Source: an uncultured Candidatus Saccharibacteria bacterium | GTDB taxonomy: Bacteria; Patescibacteriota; Doudnabacteria; UBA920 | Length of the DNA stretch: 43,559 nucleotides | Assembly (NCBI GenBank): GCA_964609785.1 | Contig: CAZSSN010000001.1 | Location: 1 to 43,559, forward strand | Reading direction: 5' to 3' | Shown here: one piece after another, positions 23,993-32,706 of the stretch | Layout: each line of letters opens with the position of its first letter | How positions within the stretch are numbered: the stretch's first letter is position 1 | Program-made: the position numbers and the translations under genes | The notes under the pieces: model-generated | The model's database searches: none | What the model was told of the DNA's origin: nothing | What the model saw: the letters and a program-made list of their open reading frames with translations, nothing else

Positions 23993-24361
23993 ATGAATTT
24001 TAGAGAAAAAGTCTATATAGCAGTAGGGGAAGTCCCTAAGAAGAAATTAGTTAGCTACGGGCAAGTGGCCGCGGCTTGCGGTAGCCCACGAGCTGCCCGC
24101 CAAGTTGGCTGGATGCTGCGCTTGTTAGATGGGGACAACTCAGTTCCTTGGTGGAGGGTTGTTAACCAGGCAGGCGAAATTAGCATTAAGGGAAATTTCA
24201 TTAGCACTCCCCTAGCTCAAAAAAAATTAATTGAGAGCGAAGGAATTCCCGTTTCCAAAGACTTTAAAATTGATCTAGAAAAGTATCGTTACTATTATTC
24301 AGCTGACAGTAAGCGTGGTAAGTCGGCGAAAGTCTCGTCTAAAAAATCTCTGAAGAAATGA
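23993..24361 (+). CDS. Alkyltransferase-like (ATL) / MGMT-family DNA-binding protein lacking the acceptor Cys
   Basis: VPKKKLVSYGQVAAACGSPRAARQVGWML...VPWWRVVN. The PCHRV active site is replaced by PWWRV. The ATG at 23993 has SD AAGGA; the ORF track starts at an upstream TTG (23951). Confidence 0.75.
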   Translation: MNFREKVYIAVGEVPKKKLVSYGQVAAACGSPRAARQVGWMLRLLDGDNSVPWWRVVNQAGEISIKGNFISTPLAQKKLIESEGIPVSKDFKIDLEKYRYYYSADSKRGKSAKVSSKKSLKK

Positions 24362-24927
24362 TAAAGAAAATCTTAATTTATTTGGCAATAGCAGTCGGCA
24401 TATTTGTTGCAGCTGATGCTCTTTTGATTTGGGGGATTGCACATACTCGGCCAGAAATTAAACACGCAGATGCAATTATTGTCCTAGGTGCAGCTATTAA
24501 TACTCCGGCACTGACTAACCGTACTAAAGAAGGTCTAGAAATCTATGAGCAGGGCAAGGCAGACGTGATGGTGCTGTCTGGAGGCAAGATCTCAGATTCG
24601 GATATCTCCGAAGCTCAGTTCATGGAAAAAATAATTGCAAAGAATTCGGATGGGGAAGTGAATTATATTTTGGAAGATCAGTCCCATAACACTTACGACA
24701 ACATCAAAAATTCAAAAGCAAAACTTGAAGGTAAGACTTCGGTAATTGTAGTGAGTGATGCGTTTCATTTAGCCCGGGCTGTATTAATGGCTAAACGCGC
24801 TGGTTTTGATGATGTCTATTGGAGTGCTCCAAGCTCTGGTTATTATTCCCGTCCAGAACTTCGCTTCTATTATTTCCGTGAGTTTGTGGCAATGATTAAT
24901 TATCTCCCTAAATTTATTTTTGGTTAA
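24358..24927 (+). CDS. DUF218 (YdcF/ElyC/SanA-family) protein
   Basis: N-terminal TM helix, ADAIIVLGAAIN..., VMVLSGGK, EDQSHNTYDN, VVSDAFHLARA. It overlaps the upstream stop by 4 nt. Confidence 0.8.
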   Translation: MIKKILIYLAIAVGIFVAADALLIWGIAHTRPEIKHADAIIVLGAAINTPALTNRTKEGLEIYEQGKADVMVLSGGKISDSDISEAQFMEKIIAKNSDGEVNYILEDQSHNTYDNIKNSKAKLEGKTSVIVVSDAFHLARAVLMAKRAGFDDVYWSAPSSGYYSRPELRFYYFREFVAMINYLPKFIFG

Positions 24928-24930
24928 TTT

Positions 24931-26019
24931 ATGTTCAGAGAAGGACAAGGCGCAAATCGTTTTGAAAGAGACACCAGTGGTATTGATAATCTATCCTTAG
25001 ATCACCTAAGGGATTTTAGTGATAAATATATTATTGGTAGTGTTGAAAAGAATAAGATTGATGAAGAAGAGTTTGAGGATGTATATTCTTCAGATACTAT
25101 AGAAACAGATAAGCAGACTGTTTTAGATCGACAGGAGATATTCCAAAAGTCGTTAATGGGTTCAGATGTGAGTCCGGAAGAACTAGAAAAAAGAGAAAAA
25201 CTAGATATTCTAGCTAAAGAGTTTGAGGCTATTTGTTCAGACCATACATTGCTTTCCCGAGTTTATGCTTTGAGTAAAGGAGAGATTGTTGCGCAATCTA
25301 CAGCTGACTACGACGATATTATGCGTAAGACCGATTTGATTTTAGAATTTCCTAGGGAAAAAGTTAATCCTAATAAGAGGGTGGGGGAATACTCTGTTGG
25401 TTTAGACGTAACCATTAGCAAATATAGTTTCAAAAATAAATTTGAAGATTTATATAAGAGGTTTAATAAAGAACCTTCTTTAAACAAGCTGAAATATTAT
25501 CGAGAATCAAGCTATCATACAGGAAATAATAGAATGCCAAGAATGGGTGAAGCCTCCATTCCGCGATATATTATTAACGCTAAGCCCGAGGAGCTCGTGG
25601 AGCTAATTGATGGATGGAAAATGTGGAGAGATAACTTTAAGCCGATGGCAAGTTCAAAAGAGACCCAAGCTTTATTAAACACTACTGGTATAGCGAAGAG
25701 TAAAATTTGGTATAGAATTCTATATCAATTGGTAATTGAGTCCCATACTTTTTACTCCATGTTTAAAGAAGATCAAAAAGGTATGGCTAATGTATTCATG
25801 GAGAATTATAAAATATTTGCGAAAAATTTTGCTACCTTGAAAACGGCTTATATCAAATCTAATCGTGAGTGGAGTGAAAAGTACGAAGATATTCAAAGGG
25901 GTAAAGATGCAGCAGCTAATCAAGTTAGGATGGATCATTTGAACAGGCAAGTGCATGAAACTTATAATGGCAGCGACATGGGCTACATTAAAAAAATAAT
26001 CCAAAGTAATCCAAAGTAA
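24931..26019 (+). CDS. Hypothetical protein
   Basis: 362-aa ORF starting 3 nt after the DUF218 gene. No motif recognised. Confidence 0.6.
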   Translation: MFREGQGANRFERDTSGIDNLSLDHLRDFSDKYIIGSVEKNKIDEEEFEDVYSSDTIETDKQTVLDRQEIFQKSLMGSDVSPEELEKREKLDILAKEFEAICSDHTLLSRVYALSKGEIVAQSTADYDDIMRKTDLILEFPREKVNPNKRVGEYSVGLDVTISKYSFKNKFEDLYKRFNKEPSLNKLKYYRESSYHTGNNRMPRMGEASIPRYIINAKPEELVELIDGWKMWRDNFKPMASSKETQALLNTTGIAKSKIWYRILYQLVIESHTFYSMFKEDQKGMANVFMENYKIFAKNFATLKTAYIKSNREWSEKYEDIQRGKDAAANQVRMDHLNRQVHETYNGSDMGYIKKIIQSNPK

Positions 26020-26037
26020 TTACTAACTATAAATAAT

Positions 26038-26069
26038 AAAGGCCGGTACAATTTCATGTACCGGCCTTT
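26038..26069. terminator. Bidirectional terminator
   Basis: AAAGGCCGGTACA-atttca-TGTACCGGCCTTT, a 13-bp stem. Confidence 0.75.
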
Positions 26070-26082
26070 GCCTTTCGGACTT

Positions 26083-26388
26083 CTAAGGGTTACCTTCCAA
26101 TACCTCTTCCCACCGAGAGTCGATCTCAACGATTGTAAAATAATCCTTCATAGATGCGGCTAGCAAGTAGATGGATCGAGAGTTTTTCTCCTCATCGTTA
26201 AGTATTTTTTTGACCTCTGCCTGGATTGGCAAAGTCGATCTGTGGATATCTGTGGGACCAGTCATGTTTACGAACTGGCCGTTCTGCACAGTTTGATATA
26301 TTTCTATATTATCAGGCTCTCGATATCGGGGGTATTTTTCTCGTTTAGAATCATCTAAAAAGCCAAAATACAAAACAATTTTAAACAT
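26083..26388 (-). CDS. Hypothetical small protein
   Basis: The start MFKIVLYF at 26388 is preceded by a strong SD, AAGGAGG, 5 nt upstream. The ORF track's longer start (26436) lacks an RBS. Confidence 0.6.
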   Translation of the reverse strand: MFKIVLYFGFLDDSKREKYPRYREPDNIEIYQTVQNGQFVNMTGPTDIHRSTLPIQAEVKKILNDEEKNSRSIYLLAASMKDYFTIVEIDSRWEEVLEGNP

Positions 26389-26438
26389 CTCTTCCTCCTT
26401 TGCCAGCATATCATCTGGACTGCAGCAGTTTAACACAT

Positions 26439-26467
26439 TTGACTAATTCTGTCAATAATAGTATACT
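26439..26467 (+). promoter_or_regulatory. Promoter of rplJL (TTGACT-N17-TATACT)
   Basis: -35 at 26439..26444 and -10 at 26462..26467. Confidence 0.6.
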
Positions 26468-26473
26468 CCTATT

Positions 26474-26728
26474 AACTACATATCCAAAGACAGTTGGTGG
26501 CCCAAAACACATCGCAGAAGGCCTTAAATAGTCGCTTTTAGCAACTTACCCGCCGAGGAACATAGATCGAAGCTTCGCGTTTAGGCGCAATTTTCGATCA
26601 TTTGTTAGCTCGGCCAAAAGCCGAGTTTTACGTTTATTACTCAGTCAGAGATAGTAGCCATTAACAAAGGTCGACCTGGTCGGCGTTGTGCAAACATCGC
26701 AGACGTTAAACAGAAAACATATACACAT
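26474..26728 (+). promoter_or_regulatory. Long structured 5' leader of rplJ (candidate L10 leader / autoregulatory attenuator)
   Basis: About 255 nt untranslated. It holds an internal terminator-like hairpin GCTCGGC-caaaa-GCCGAG + TTTTA (26608..26630) and the repeated decamer ACATCGCAGA (about 26509 and about 26693). Confidence 0.45.
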
Positions 26729-27247
26729 ATGGCAAAATCACGCTCACAAAAAGAACAAGATTTAACAGAACTAACAGATCGCGTTAAAGGCGCTAAGTCT
26801 ATTGTTCTAACAGAATACCGTGGCACTACTGTAAAGAATATCGACAAATTTCGTCGTGTTCTTTCCGCTGAAGGTATCGTAAGTAAAGTTTACAAAACTC
26901 CGTTGATCAAGAAAGCTTTCGAAGCTAACGGAATTGAAGCTTCTACTTTGTTAGACCTTAAGGTTCCGATTATCTTGTCTGTATCTCAAGAAGATGAAGT
27001 AGCTCCAGCTCGCATCATCAAAACATTTGGTAAAGAAGTCAAAACTATTGGCATCCTTTCTGGAGTTCTAGATGGCGCATTTGCTTCCAAGGAACAAATG
27101 ATAGCTCTAGCTGATCTTCCAAGCAAAGATCAATTGCGTGGTCAGTTGGTTGGTACAATTAACGCTCCAGTCACTGGATTCGTTAACGTACTTGCTGGCA
27201 ACCTCCGTGGTTTGATCAACGTGCTTAACGCAGTCGCGCAGAAATAG
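26729..27247 (+). CDS. rplJ: 50S ribosomal protein L10
   Basis: 172 aa. KSIVLTEYRGTTVKNIDKFRRVL and ...LPSKDQLRGQLVGTINAPVTGFVNVL are typical of uL10. The gene lies directly upstream of rplL. Confidence 0.92.
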   Translation: MAKSRSQKEQDLTELTDRVKGAKSIVLTEYRGTTVKNIDKFRRVLSAEGIVSKVYKTPLIKKAFEANGIEASTLLDLKVPIILSVSQEDEVAPARIIKTFGKEVKTIGILSGVLDGAFASKEQMIALADLPSKDQLRGQLVGTINAPVTGFVNVLAGNLRGLINVLNAVAQK

Positions 27248-27293
27248 CGTGCAACTAGCACAAAATTAATTAATTATTTGAAAAGGACTTATT

Positions 27294-27701
27294 ATGGCAG
27301 ATGAAGAAACTACTGCAAAAGTAGAAGTTCCAGCAAAGTTTGCTGATCTAGTTAGCTCTATCGAAAAGCTTTCTGTTCTAGAACTTTCTGAACTTGTAAA
27401 AGTATTAGAAGATAAATTCGGCGTTAGCGCAGCAGCTCCTATGATGATGGGTGCAGCTCCTGCAGCAGCAGGCGCAGCAGCTGAAGAAAAAGATGAATTC
27501 ACAGTTGAACTTACAGCAGCTGGCGACAACAAGATTAATGTAATCAAAGTTGTTCGCGAAGTAACTGGTCTAGGTTTGAAAGAAGCTAAGGACATCGTAG
27601 ACGGTGCACCAAAAGCTATCAAAGAAAACATGCCAAAAGCTGATGCTGAAGCATTGAAGAAGCAACTTGAAGAAGCTGGTGGAACTGTAGTTCTTAAGTA
27701 A
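27294..27701 (+). CDS. rplL: 50S ribosomal protein L7/L12
   Basis: [24 protein letters not shown], an Ala-rich hinge, then [30 protein letters not shown].....[15 protein letters not shown]. Confidence 0.95.
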   Translation: MADEETTAKVEVPAKFADLVSSIEKLSVLELSELVKVLEDKFGVSAAAPMMMGAAPAAAGAAAEEKDEFTVELTAAGDNKINVIKVVREVTGLGLKEAKDIVDGAPKAIKENMPKADAEALKKQLEEAGGTVVLK

Positions 27702-27728
27702 CTACCTCCTCAGAGCTAATTCTGATCT

Positions 27729-27757
27729 AAAAAGACCCCTCTTGTGGGGTCTTTTTT
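27729..27757 (+). terminator. Rho-independent terminator after rplL
   Basis: AAAAGACCCC-tcttgt-GGGGTCTTTTTT. Confidence 0.8.
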
Positions 27758-27895
27758 ATTTACCAAAAACTTGAGAAACATTTTAAGTTAATTTTATGCG
27801 ACATTTTCTATAATCACTTATATATGATTGACGCATTGTATGATCGTGTTAATCTATTATTAATAGCGCTGGTTTTGGCGCACAGGAGAAAAGTC

Positions 27896-28159
27896 ATGGA
27901 AATAGATAAAGAATATTTAGATCAACAGTTTGAAGCTAATTTTCAACGTACTATGGGGTACCTTGATAAAACTCTAGATGAGAAGTTGGATAAGTTTGAG
28001 GAAAAACTAGACGAAAAACTTGCGGCTCAGACAAAAGACTTAAAGAGTTATGTACATGAGTCTTTTGAGACTCAGCAAGTGTATTTAGATGAGCGCTTTA
28101 AAGAGCTGACAGCTGGAATGGAAGTTAAGGTTAATTTCCCAGCACTGAAAACTAGATAA
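27896..28159 (+). CDS. Hypothetical coiled-coil protein
   Basis: The start MEIDKEY at 27896 has SD AGGAGA. Repetitive LDEKLDKFEEKLDEKL heptads. Confidence 0.55.
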   Translation: MEIDKEYLDQQFEANFQRTMGYLDKTLDEKLDKFEEKLDEKLAAQTKDLKSYVHESFETQQVYLDERFKELTAGMEVKVNFPALKTR

Positions 28160-28177
28160 GCTAATTTAATAGATAAC

Positions 28178-28202
28178 AAAAAACCTCCTTGCGGAGGTTT
28201 TT
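28178..28202. terminator. Bidirectional terminator
   Basis: AAAAAACCTCC-ttgc-GGAGGTTTTT. Confidence 0.75.
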
Positions 28203-28213
28203 GAATATTTAGA

Positions 28214-30229
28214 TTAGAATGAAACTTTTAATAGTTGATTATTGTTAAGCACGTAAATCGCTTTTGCTTTTTCATCAACATAGAAGTCTTTTAGGTCGTT
28301 GAATTGGCTGTTGGTAAGAGTTTGAAGTACGCCGCCTTCTTTATTCATTACTAGTATTCTTTTTCCGGCCGGATCTAGGACATACAAATTAGTAAATCCA
28401 TTCTCTGTATAAATCTTGGTGTTATCTGGTAAATTGGAGACACCAACGTTGAATTCTTGCTTTGCCCCAGCATTGTATTTCAAAATTGTACCACTAGCAG
28501 CAATGTAGATATTTCCATCAATGGTCATATCTGAGGCACTAGAAATCTCAGAGACATTTTCAATTGACGCAGTAGGAGCACTAAATGCTGTATCGCTTAC
28601 ACTATAACGCATCACCTTATTATTTGCACGATCTAAGATGTAAGCACGGTTATTATAGACGGTAAGACCGCGAGCATTGTCTGTTTTAGGTACGCTATCT
28701 GAGAATGCGCCTCCAATAACTCCAGTCTTTGTATTCCACAGTAACAATTCAGAGCCATTATAAATTACAGATCTATCACCAGTAGAGAAGCTACTTAAAG
28801 TAATAGGCTCGCTAGTTTTTAGGGCAGAATCAGATATGCTTTCAGATGATTTATTAAAACTAACAACTGTTCGGCCAGTTTCTGTCGCTAGGTAAGTCGG
28901 TAATATAATCAAGTGCTCACCATTACTTAGAGTGCCTAGGTTTTCTACACCGGCTTCAGCTACATTATTAAGCTTCTTATCTAACGTGGATGCTTGTTCT
29001 CTAATTGAGTCTATTTTGGATTTCTGTTCTTCTGGAACTTCTCCTAAAGCGTCCAGCTTTTCTTTTAATTGACCTAATATAGAGTTAGCTTGAGATTCAT
29101 CACCGTAAAGAAGTGCAGCGTTGGCATCGCTAGCCAATTTTTCCATTGCAGTTATCTGGTCGTCTGCCACAGCAACTATCTCAGGTTTGTTATTCACGTA
29201 CTTAGCAATCGCCACATTCGTAATTACCGCAATTAGCAGTATGGCTGCAGCGATCATAAAGATCTTCTTCTGCTTGCTGTAACCTTTAATAGTAGTGGGT
29301 TGAACTTGCTTTGCCGCACGCTTAAATTGACTTTGAACAACTTGCAAAGCGCCGTCATTACCTTTAATCATGTCGGTTAGTTTTGGGCGTTTTTTTATCT
29401 TTTCTTTAACACTAACTCCAACATTTTTACCAATCGTCGCTGCAGTGGAGCTCATAGTCTTAATGCGGTCTAGCCAGTCAGCAGATTGTCTGCTTGATGC
29501 AACCTGAGGCGCCGCCATGTATGCGGCTAAGTCCACTTCTTCTTCCATATCCATGCTACCTGCAGGAACTTGCTTAGCCAAGATAGTGCCACAAGCAACT
29601 TCTGGGCCCATGACATCATTTAATGTAGAGATAACCTCTTCGGCTGTATCTGGCAAATCGTTTCGCTTTAAAATATTTTTAAACCGATCAATGGAAATAT
29701 GATTGAACAATTGAGATGTAGAAAGAACTAACAGGTCGCCTAAGCGAATCCTGCCTTCGGAAAAGTTTTCAAAAGTTTTCAAAGGATGATGTGGTGTGCC
29801 TGGTTCAGCAATTGGTGCGAAGTTCGCATCGCGATGAAGAAGTGCGGTAATTTTACCTACTGATGTGACAGAAAGTTTTGTACCTGCTTTAACTGCAATG
29901 ACCGCGTTTAGTTTTCCTAGCCAATGAGTTTTGCCTAAGTTTTGTAGTTTACCAAGTTCTTCATTAATTACCGCAAGGGCATTTTCAAAAGTGCCATTTG
30001 CCGCTGGGCGGCGATAGCTACGGCGAAGAGAAGCGGCAATCGCTTCTGAAATCCTCTGGCATTCTTCAGCTGCCGCCGGATTAAATAAAGGCAACTCACA
30101 GATCATGTATAGTTCTGCTCCGGAGCTGTCCACAGTCTCGGCAAGCGTATAAACATAGCTAGTTGCCTGTTTATTGTCACCGAGTTGGATTTTTACTACT
30201 TGGGTTTCAAGTTCTGCCATATTATTCAT
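28214..30229 (-). CDS. Large single-pass membrane protein: cytoplasmic PPM/SpoIIE-like (probably non-catalytic) N-domain, coiled coil, C-terminal beta-rich repeat domain
   Basis: 671 aa with a central TM helix IFMIAAAILLIAVITNVAIA. The N-domain pattern ..LNAVIAVKAGTKLSVTSVGKITALLHRD.. resembles PP2C strands but lacks the GDSR Asp. The C-terminal half is rich in repeated beta-strand motifs. The functional call is weak. Confidence 0.5.
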   Translation of the reverse strand: MNNMAELETQVVKIQLGDNKQATSYVYTLAETVDSSGAELYMICELPLFNPAAAEECQRISEAIAASLRRSYRRPAANGTFENALAVINEELGKLQNLGKTHWLGKLNAVIAVKAGTKLSVTSVGKITALLHRDANFAPIAEPGTPHHPLKTFENFSEGRIRLGDLLVLSTSQLFNHISIDRFKNILKRNDLPDTAEEVISTLNDVMGPEVACGTILAKQVPAGSMDMEEEVDLAAYMAAPQVASSRQSADWLDRIKTMSSTAATIGKNVGVSVKEKIKKRPKLTDMIKGNDGALQVVQSQFKRAAKQVQPTTIKGYSKQKKIFMIAAAILLIAVITNVAIAKYVNNKPEIVAVADDQITAMEKLASDANAALLYGDESQANSILGQLKEKLDALGEVPEEQKSKIDSIREQASTLDKKLNNVAEAGVENLGTLSNGEHLIILPTYLATETGRTVVSFNKSSESISDSALKTSEPITLSSFSTGDRSVIYNGSELLLWNTKTGVIGGAFSDSVPKTDNARGLTVYNNRAYILDRANNKVMRYSVSDTAFSAPTASIENVSEISSASDMTIDGNIYIAASGTILKYNAGAKQEFNVGVSNLPDNTKIYTENGFTNLYVLDPAGKRILVMNKEGGVLQTLTNSQFNDLKDFYVDEKAKAIYVLNNNQLLKVSF

Positions 30230-30351
30230 ATTATATCACTTTTTGCCTGATCTTGGTCAATTTACTTAAAGCCTCTATTGACCAGGGTAATTTATTGTGT
30301 GATAATCTCGGCACACTCAGTCCTAGGAGAAAAGGTTGGTAGGAGACAAAT

Positions 30352-30732
30352 ATGCTAAAAGAGGGTAATAGGGATAGTGCGCAAGAATATTTTTGCGCTG
30401 ATCATGTGGGTTTTGATTTTCGCAGTAATTATATCGAGAGCGAATTAAAAGCTTGTTTCGATCGAATCGAGATATTGCGGGTCGCGCTTTCTGACATTGC
30501 TGTCAGGCTTACCGCTGGGGGTGACGATGAAGAGGATGCAAAGGCTTTGCAAATCAATGCATTATATAACGAAAAAGAACTTCAGGAATTGGAACAATAT
30601 TTTCATCGACTTACTGCGATGAATGGAGATCTGTGGGATGAATTCGAGCGCCTAGAATGCGACGACTGCTGGAACATTCATGGAATGGCTGCCGTAGTTG
30701 CGATCGAAGCATTCGTAGCGAAGCTGGGTTAA
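30352..30732 (+). CDS. Hypothetical protein
   Basis: 126-aa acidic ORF with SD AGGAGA 5 nt upstream. Confidence 0.55.
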   Translation: MLKEGNRDSAQEYFCADHVGFDFRSNYIESELKACFDRIEILRVALSDIAVRLTAGGDDEEDAKALQINALYNEKELQELEQYFHRLTAMNGDLWDEFERLECDDCWNIHGMAAVVAIEAFVAKLG

Positions 30733-30752
30733 TTTCCAAACTCATCAATCTT

Positions 30753-30786
30753 AATCGGTAGTGCCCTTGGCTACCGATTTTTTTTA
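30753..30786 (+). terminator. Rho-independent terminator
   Basis: AATCGGTAG-tgcccttgg-CTACCGATT followed by TTTTTTT. Confidence 0.7.
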
Positions 30787-30804
30787 TATCTCTTTTTAGT
30801 CGTA

Positions 30805-30813
30805 TGATATACT
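30805..30813 (+). promoter_or_regulatory. Extended -10 promoter (TGaTATACT) 6 nt upstream of ATG 30820
   Basis: Read directly in the sequence. Confidence 0.45.
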
Positions 30814-30819
30814 AAATTC

Positions 30820-31410
30820 ATGATGACACACGCAGATATATTAGATTCGAAGTACGGATCAGAACTTTTAGCCTTTCTTTTACTAGCCCCAGCGCGTAGC
30901 TATTCAGCCAAAGAATTATCGAAGCGATTAACCTTTAGCGAAAGAGTGCTTAATCCTTTGCTGCAAGAATTTTTGGATGACAGCATTATTGATCAGATAG
31001 TCCGCGACCGAGCAAAGTTATATATTATAAATCAAAAACACAAGCTCCTTCCAGAAATCAAAGCGTCTTTAGTAAAAAATCAAAAACCTTATGAAGACGA
31101 GCTTTTTAGTGCGATAGCTAAGCTAGGAGACATTAAAGCTGCGTTTTTATCTGGCGTGCTTACTGGCCAGCCGAACTTGCCAGTGGATTTACTGCTAATT
31201 GGTAAAGTAAATCTAACTAAGCTAGACACTTTCTTTAAGCAATGCAAAGTAATGATGGGCATAGATGTTAATTACAGCATCATGACCCCAGATGAATTCC
31301 AATTGCGAATTGATACTTTCGATCGATTCATTAAAGACATTTTTGATTATCCACATATCGTTGTTGTGGATAAACTAAGCAAGGCCAAAAAGGGGACCAA
31401 GGTTAAATAA
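30820..31410 (+). CDS. Hypothetical protein with N-terminal winged-helix-like segment
   Basis: 196 aa. ..ARSYSAKELSKRLTFSERVLNPLLQEFLDDSII.. resembles a wHTH. The assignment is weak. Confidence 0.5.
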   Translation: MMTHADILDSKYGSELLAFLLLAPARSYSAKELSKRLTFSERVLNPLLQEFLDDSIIDQIVRDRAKLYIINQKHKLLPEIKASLVKNQKPYEDELFSAIAKLGDIKAAFLSGVLTGQPNLPVDLLLIGKVNLTKLDTFFKQCKVMMGIDVNYSIMTPDEFQLRIDTFDRFIKDIFDYPHIVVVDKLSKAKKGTKVK

Positions 31411-31435
31411 TCGAAAATAATTTAAGTTTAACTTT

Positions 31436-31672
31436 ATGGAATTTTTAACAGGACTTTATCAGCAGTTTTTAGGATTTTTCCCATCATTTCTTCATCCATT
31501 TATTTCTATTGCGGTAGTGATCTTTCTTATCTACTCGATAGTGCAAGCAATTAAAAGCAATTTCATTTGGATTATTGTATTAATAGTGCTGTTGCCTGCG
31601 TCAATTCCTATTCTAAAGAGTGTTGTAGATATCTTGATTGGATTCATAAAGTATTTGTTGGGGATGAACTAA
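31436..31672 (+). CDS. Small hypothetical membrane protein
   Basis: 78 aa with two TM helices. Confidence 0.5.
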   Translation: MEFLTGLYQQFLGFFPSFLHPFISIAVVIFLIYSIVQAIKSNFIWIIVLIVLLPASIPILKSVVDILIGFIKYLLGMN

Positions 31673-31701
31673 AGTGAATTAGATTTTGTGGATAACTTTT
31701 G

Positions 31702-31727
31702 AAACCGAACGTAATTGTTCGGTTTTT
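31702..31727 (+). terminator. Rho-independent terminator; the stem is a CGAAC-N6-GTTCG palindrome
   Basis: AAACCGAAC-gtaatt-GTTCGGTTTTT, 30 nt after the stop of 31436..31672. Confidence 0.65.
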
Positions 31728-31734
31728 ATGTAAG

Positions 31735-31763
31735 TTGACATAGGGTGTACGATTGTATACTAT
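31735..31763 (+). promoter_or_regulatory. lexA promoter (TTGACA-N17-TACTAT) with an embedded TAC-N4-GTA palindrome
   Basis: -35 at 31735..31740 and -10 at 31758..31763. GTACGATTGTAT (31747..31758) lies in the spacer and could be an operator. Confidence 0.55.
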
Positions 31764-31799
31764 ATAAATAGTTAAGCACTAGATTAAACATATTAACCC

Positions 31800-32423
31800 A
31801 TGAGCATTTCAGAAAAAATTACAGCCAGGCAAAAAGAGTTATTGAAGTTCATCGTCAGGCAAATTCGTGAGCACAATATGCCACCGTCAATGTCGGAGAT
31901 GGCTGAATACTTAGAAGTAAAATCTAAGAACGCCGTAGCTAAACTTTTATCTTCCCTAGAAGATGGGGGATACATTAGCACTAACGGCAAAGCTCGTGGG
32001 ATTACAGTTTTAAATAGTTTATCGGACAGCTTAGATAAAGGTTTAATTCGAGTACCAGTTATGGGATCAGTTCAAGCTGGTAGCCCTCACTTAGCGGAAG
32101 AGTTTATAGAAGAGTGGGTGAACTTGCCTCAAACCTTAGTTAAGGGTCGGAGAGATGTTTTCCTTCTAAAAGTAAGAGGGGACAGTATGATTAATGCTGG
32201 AATCCATGAAGGTGATCTAGTAATTGTTCGTCCTACCAATGAAGCAAAGAATAATGATCTAGTAGTAGCCCTTCTCCATGATGAAGCCACGGTTAAGCGA
32301 TTCATCCAGGTAAAGAACAGAGCCTACTTGAAAGCAGAGAATCCTGACTATCAGAATATCTATCCTAAAGAAGAGTGGATGATTCAGGGAAAAGTTGTAG
32401 GGGTAATTAGAAACCTCGAGTAA
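31800..32423 (+). CDS. lexA: LexA repressor (chromosomal)
   Basis: N-terminal wHTH (PPSMSEMAEYLEVKSKNAVAKLLSSLEDGGYI), cleavage site VQAG, RGDSM catalytic Ser, ATVKRF Lys. Confidence 0.93.
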   Translation: MSISEKITARQKELLKFIVRQIREHNMPPSMSEMAEYLEVKSKNAVAKLLSSLEDGGYISTNGKARGITVLNSLSDSLDKGLIRVPVMGSVQAGSPHLAEEFIEEWVNLPQTLVKGRRDVFLLKVRGDSMINAGIHEGDLVIVRPTNEAKNNDLVVALLHDEATVKRFIQVKNRAYLKAENPDYQNIYPKEEWMIQGKVVGVIRNLE

Positions 32424-32447
32424 GTATACAAATTTAACATCAAAGCC

Positions 32448-32642
32448 ATGTCAGACTTAGAATTATCAAAAAAGAATATAGTTACCCAGCTGCGTAGCTT
32501 ATGTGCACACTGCCAATCTGGTAGGCAGCACTATTGCCCAATGCAGTCTATTGCAAGACAGGTAAAATCCATTTCAGGAGTACCTTTAATTGTGAACAAT
32601 GAGTTTAAAGGGGTTCTTTGGAAACATGCGCATCACGCTTAG
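32448..32642 (+). CDS. Small Cys-containing hypothetical protein downstream of lexA
   Basis: 64-aa ORF, 24 nt after lexA, with CAHC...C spacing. Confidence 0.45.
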   Translation: MSDLELSKKNIVTQLRSLCAHCQSGRQHYCPMQSIARQVKSISGVPLIVNNEFKGVLWKHAHHA

Positions 32643-32706
32643 TTGACTTGCTTATCGATTTGTTATACTCTTTCCTTGCAAACAATCCAAATGCGAGGTA
32701 AAAGCT

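Noticed and set aside
26001-26020. Perfect 10-bp tandem duplications (CCAAAGTAAT x2 here; AAAAGTTTTC x2 at 29761..29780; 11-bp AGATTTCAAAA x2.6 at 37124..37151), considered as slipped-strand phase-variation sites
   Set aside because: Each has only two copies, lies in an ordinary cytoplasmic or hypothetical gene, and leaves the reading frame intact. They look like small replication-slippage scars rather than contingency loci.
26641-27631. Minus-strand ORFs 26641..26847 and 27266..27631
   Set aside because: They are antisense to the rplJ start/leader and to rplL. The second is an Ala/Ser-rich mirror of the L7/L12 hinge region. Both are artefacts.
31705-31722. CGAAC-N6-GTTCG palindrome as a bona fide LexA (Cheo-type) box
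   Set aside because: The spacer is 6 nt rather than 4. It lies upstream of the -35 element rather than over the promoter. With its T-tract it is fully explained as the terminator of 31436..31672. I kept it only as a low-probability alternative under the lexA finding.
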